From assembly GCA_048013815.1 (NCBI GenBank), contig CM106586.1, forward strand, positions 20,150,001 to 20,214,000: DNA of 64,000 nt. Reading direction: 5' to 3'. The notes under the pieces are model-generated. The model was given only the letters and a program-made list of their open reading frames with translations. It was not told where the DNA came from and ran no database searches. Of the stretch, positions 58,571 through 64,000 are shown one piece after another. The number at the start of each line of letters is the position of its first letter. Within the stretch, counting starts at the first letter, position 1. Source of the stretch: Setoptus koraiensis. Its lineage: Eukaryota; Animalia; Arthropoda. The position numbers and the translations under genes were made by a program.

Positions 58571-61500
58571 TAATGGCTGCGGCGAAGGCCGGAATAAATA
58601 ACGAAAGAAGCCCTATAAATACGCACAACAACAACAGCGGCAGCAGCATAATGATTTACCGTAGCCGTTATCTAGCCAGCAAAAGTACAGCTAGATAAAT
58701 ACAACAACAGCAACAGCAACAGCAACAACAACGGGGCAGCCTAATGAGCACACAGTTGTTCTCGGCGGCGCAGGCTGATAATTATTTATACATATACTCG
58801 CTGCTCTTTATCAGCAAATATTTATATATAATATATAATAACGTTATGTTTTGCGCTCGGATACGGTCATGTCGATGATGTAACACATTGGCTGTTGTTT
58901 TCGCTCGTTTGCATAATAAGCAGCGCACTCTCATCGGCACAATAAATACAAACACTAGCCACAACAGCATTACAAACAAGCGCTGGCAGTTAGTTGCAAA
59001 CTTGACATTATTATTCCACTATTGGCTTGTCGTCGCTTGGCGTCGGGGCCCCCGCGATTGTCGATTGTCATTTGATTTGGATTGGCAGCGACGCAAACAG
59101 CGACAACTGGCGCCGTGTGTGCGCAAATAAAAGGTCAAATGGTTGTTGTAAATAGCAAAAAAAAAATTGACAATTGACAGAGCGAGCGAGCAAAATATTT
59201 GCAAAACGTGCTGTTTGTGGTGCACTGACAGCACTGTTTGTGGTGCTCCACTGACAGCACCACCAACGGCTGAGCTGAGTGACGGGGGCGCCCCCGTCAC
59301 GGCCGTGATTGCGGCAGCCGCGACGTCTTGTCGACTGTCACTCAATTGTGTCAAAAAGCAAACACTGCCAGCCGCGTCTTGCCGACTGTCTTGGCGTGCG
59401 ATGCGACGACGACGACGACTGATAAACGGGCCAGCGGGACGGCTCAATCGCTTGAGCTCGCTTGTGAGGCCGTCGCCGGCAGAACAATCATTTCTGAATC
59501 ATCGTCGCGATCAGCTATAAATATCGCGACATTCGGCATGACATAACCGTCGCGAGCTGCCTGTCTAGACGAGCTCGTGTGACATTGGATACGCGGCTCA
59601 TTATCATGGCGGCCGATTGAGCCGGGGCCAGTGTTCTCAGCGGCCAGTGTGCTGAGCGGCCGAACGGGGGCGCCCAGTCTGACGCAAAATTGTCAGCAGT
59701 CACCGATTTGTCGCGAAATGCTCGTGGCAATGCGCAATTTGTTGCCGGCGACGGCCATCAGGGGCGTCCTATGCGCCCGCAACCGTGTGTCTATTTGTCC
59801 GCAACGGGCTAGCGTGGGCCCGTGCGCCCGTGGGCCACATAATATATGCATGCATACATTTATAATGTGCTCATCGCACGCTGAGCGCCGGTCACTTGAT
59901 TAGCGTCACAGATATGCGACATTATTATGTAATGTGTGCAATATGTCAATACAACAGCGTACAGCTTCCATTGCTGGCCAAATGACAGCCAGTGGCCGGC
60001 ATTTGCAGTACGACCACAATATGATATAATACGACAAATGTATACAATTGTCGCACAACACTTGTCCGACAAACTGCAACTGTTGGCGTACCGACACTCG
60101 ACACACACGCCACCGATCGGCGGGCCCCAATGGCCGGTCGAGCGCGAGCTGGCCCCCTGTCGAGCGATACAGCTATGAATGTGACAGGCAGCAATGATTG
60201 GCTGGCGTTCGCAAGGCCAATCATGCCGCAGAAATCAATGTCGTGCCATATATCACCCGGCACTTGATTTGGTGAGCTTGCCCAAATCGAAGCCATGAGA
60301 GCGGGCCGCAAATGATCGTGGCCACAACCAGCAAAACCAGACATGGATCGCTCATTAACCGACCCATTTCTGGTTGCGCGTCTGACAATATCATATTGAC
60401 TGTTTGCGCTAGTATGCCGCTGGGGGCGCCCGGTCGGCCGAAATTCACACTAATTCAGGCCGGTGTTCCGACCTGAATCAGTCTGAATATTAGCGCTACT
60501 CGTTCGCTCATTTCTGCCCGAATTTTCTGAAATTTCGCTGAAATTTATTTCCGCCAATTTCCAATTTCCAGCCGCAAATTCATTTCTGAGGCCAGTCGCC
60601 AGTTCATTTCCGAATGGCTCACAATATTTGAGAGACTCTCGTTCGCAATAAATAAGCGCAATAAAAGTAATTCCGACACCAGGCGATCGAATTACATGTC
60701 TGGCGCAATCAAATCGTGAGCTGCGCGTCTCGCGGCTCGGATATGCACCGCGCCTTGCATCCTTCGAAGCTCCGAAGGAGCTCGCCTGTCGCTGCGAGTC
60801 TCGCATTGCAACTGCTCATCTACTGTGTGAGTTTAAGTTTAGATCCCCGAAAGAATGACCACTGATTCAATCGCTCGAAAGTCGCCCGAATTGGCCAGAA
60901 GATGGCCACTGATTCAGTGAAGTTGGGCTCGCAACTCGATCAACGTCGCACGTCGCTCTCGGGTCGAGACTCGCTTATCCGATGAATCATTACATATATA
61001 TATATACTATTTATATAATGATTCAGACAGATATGTAATCAGATATGTAATATATTATGAAATACGTGAAATGTACGCCACTGTGATAGTGATCGAAGTT
61101 TGAAAATTGCAACACAATCCGACCCAAGAATCATTCTTGAAGAATGGGGCCAACGATTCACGCGTGAATCACACTGACCCGACTGGCATCGATCACTAAC
61201 GTGCGCCACTAATGTCGAAACAAAACCATTCAGCTGTGCAGACATTTGCCAGCGGAGACATACTCATTATGTTCATTCGAATGATCCACTGATTATTATC
61301 GCCGCTAATTAATAGCGCACGAGCGAGCTCAAATCTAGTCATAAACAGAGACAGCGGCATTCTTTTCTGCCAGAAAATCTCTGGTGCCGCGCATCTTAAC
61401 TGGCCGGATTTCCAGGCAATTCCGACGAAATGTATACAATGACTCGCAATGGGCCCCGGCGGAAAATGCGCCCCCGACACCCTCGGGCTAAACGCAAAAA

Positions 61501-63729
61501 ACCCCGGTCGAACGCTCGCCAATTGTGTTTGACGAGGCCCCTGGTTGCACCCAGTTAGAAACAATGTGTTTTGCTGACTGCACACATGACTTTGCTTCGA
61601 CTCACATATATGAACGGCACAAATACGGAAATAGCCGCGCGACTGGCGGCAGCGCCCCCTCTCTTGCAGCAGTACCGGTGGTGGGGTGCGCCTCGAAACG
61701 AGCGTCACAAGCAGTTTTGTTGGCTTCGTTTTGGCGGAATCTGTAAAAATGTCGAAAATATTGAGACAGTCGCCCAGTCTTGCGGGACTGTTTTGTGAAA
61801 ATTTTGCGTCGAATTTCAAAATTTTCAAAATTTTGAAATTTTGAAATTCGAATGCGCATTGCTGCAAATATTACCTACCACCTATGCTCGCGTCAGATTT
61901 TCGCAAAATAGAGCGCTGGTTTTTGCAGTTTTCCACCGAATCAGCGAGACCTTTGGAGATTTTTCTTTGTTGTTTTGTTCATGGTTCACTGAAGAAGAAT
62001 TGCCGAAAAAGGAGAAAAAAGTCAACCTTTTATCGGCACCCCCGTTCGCGACGAAACGGGCCTCAAAGTGAAAGAAATTGCGCGAATCCGGAAGTTAACC
62101 GAATCGCCGGGTTCATCCGAGGGAGAGAGAGAGAGACTTCTTCAGGGATTGCCCATTTTCGGCCATCGAGGCGGCAAGCAATCAGCCCGAAATCGGAGAA
62201 TGCCTCGCACAATTCAGACAGTGCTTCGCAAAATTGAGCAGCGCCCCCGTCTAGTGGCCGGCCAACAGCAGCCAAAGTGATCGAGCGGCCAAGATAACGG
62301 GTGGCGCCACTTTGGGGCGCGTGCCTTTTGCGCAATCTGCGCTGTGCGCTGTCTGAGAGGCCCAAGTCGAGCTGACCCTATTAAGGGGCCCGTTCGCGGA
62401 CATAAATACTATTTATGTTATAAATAAATAGACCATATAAAACAAACGGCCTGATGAGTTTGCGAAATGGGCCACTAATTATCTGATGCGCAAAATATGC
62501 ACAACTGATACTGGCGCCACGACCACTAGCGCCTGCACAGTTGCCAGCAAAATTACCCACATCGCCCCATCAGCGCGCCAATGGGCCCCAGCACGCGAAT
62601 GGGCCCCAGCGCGGTAGCCGCATACAGCAGCATTCGCGGGCCGTGAATGAGTGAGCGGCCGGCCGAGGGGACACATGACGCCCATTGTGAATGCTTTTAT
62701 TTGTAGCTGTGGGCCCCATGCGCGTGCTACGGGTGCGGGCACCCATTTACATAATTTCTCGGCACACACTGATCTTGTCTCATCTGAATGCTGGTCGCCA
62801 CTTTGATTCGCGGCCCCTGTGCAATGTCACAATTACTTTGGCAAGACCACGGTCAAACTCGTGCCGTGTGTTCGAACAAGGCTGTGCGTTGGGCTTGCAC
62901 GATCGGACTGCGCGAGCCAAATGCAAACAGAGCGCGGATAAAAATAAATAAAAAGTCGCCCCAGTCGCGTCCAGTTGCAGCGCGGGCCAGCCGACAGCCG
63001 CGAGCCGCGAGCTGACAGCCGAGCCGACAGCCGAGCCGACAATGCCTCGCCCGACGATCGCCGGGCACGATATGGCAAAGATCACACACACGGGCCATTG
63101 AGACGGCCAACTGGGCACTTGGCCGGCCATTGAGAGAGCACACTGCGCACCGGAAGTGATATTCTCACCATCGCGCGGCATGGGCATTGTTTACCTGTGT
63201 GTCGGGCACAATTGTCGCCCGTCGGCTCTATCAAGTGCCGGTCGCCGATGCATCGGATAGACTGCGCCATCCAGACACTCGATCGATGCCGGCACATCGT
63301 TGGAGCAGCCAGCCGGGCCCCAATAGCATTGGGCCCCAGCACAAACAGTTGCCTTGTGCTGTGACACTCTGGCGCTCATCGATCACTGACGTAATGCGGC
63401 CGTTATTATCCGCGCTCACATGCACCACTAATACAGTATTGAGCGATATTGCGTCGTATGCACACGACAATAGCCAGTTTGATATTATTATATCATGCCG
63501 GCTTTCATTGTGCTTGCGTCGCGGGGCCGACCACGCAACCCGACGGGCAACACATATAAAGCAATATATAAATATAGGTAAACTTGGCCAGAGTGGACAC
63601 ACACACAATTGGCGCGGCAGCTCAAGTGGGGCGCCCAATGAGCAGTGACCGAGCGGCGACGGCGGAATGTCGAAAATATTTCGCTGTCAAAATTACCAAT
63701 TGAATTGTCGCCACACGGGCTCGCCACTT

Positions 63730-63802
63730 GGCCCACTGGCCTCGCCGGCCTCACTGGGCCTCACTGGGCCTCACTGGGCCCCACTGGGCCCCACTGGGCC
63801 CC
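63730..63802. repeat. 10-bp tandem repeat (CACTGGGCCY), about 6 units
   Basis: Directly visible. Confidence 0.88.
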
Positions 63803-64000
63803 ACAACTGGCGACCCTGGCGCGCCACCGGGTACCGCTCTTGAATTTGAATTGGCGGCAGCCAGAGTCAGCATCAATTGATATGCACGGCTCGCTTGGCA
63901 GGCTCGCTCGGTGAGCCGTGTGCCCCGCGATGCGGGCATACTGTTATGCCAAATGGGGCCCACAGCACACAACGGCCAGATAAACACACAGAGCGGGAGC

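Noticed and set aside
58188-58698. Poly-Q/N/T ORFs on both strands
   Set aside because: Trinucleotide microsatellite translations; I could not link any to the 57899 acceptor with an ATG and a phase-0 donor.
61196-61867. 223-aa minus-strand ORF
   Set aside because: Non-ATG start, no recognisable domain or transposase motif, and it spans a quasi-palindrome.

Overview
Eukaryotic (metazoan, probably arthropod; a small-genome mite is my inference) genomic DNA. It is GC- and CpG-rich, full of microsatellites, micro-tandem duplications and short palindromes. I can support only two protein-coding genes, and both are spliced and largely missed by the ORF track. (1) Plus strand: the last three exons (50581-50646, 50997-51108, 51241-51417) of a mitochondrial inner-membrane peptidase subunit 2 (IMP2/IMMP2L, peptidase S26). 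(2) Minus strand, convergent with it: a 5'-incomplete six-exon gene (57899-51562) for a roughly 1820-aa protein with a long low-complexity N-terminus followed by PDZ-PH-PH. I found no upstream IMP2 exons in 1-50580, so about 50 kb appears to be one giant intron. By exon size and phase it is the same intron that hosts the nested antisense gene LRRN3 in vertebrate IMMP2L. This region carries candidate antisense 5' exons pointing left out of the window, strong over-representation of PAR/C/EBP bZIP sites (RTTAYGTAAY) and of an X-box-like 9-mer (CCTAGCGAC), and a 32-bp perfect palindrome with a competing hairpin. I saw no tRNA, rRNA, CRISPR or recognisable transposase.
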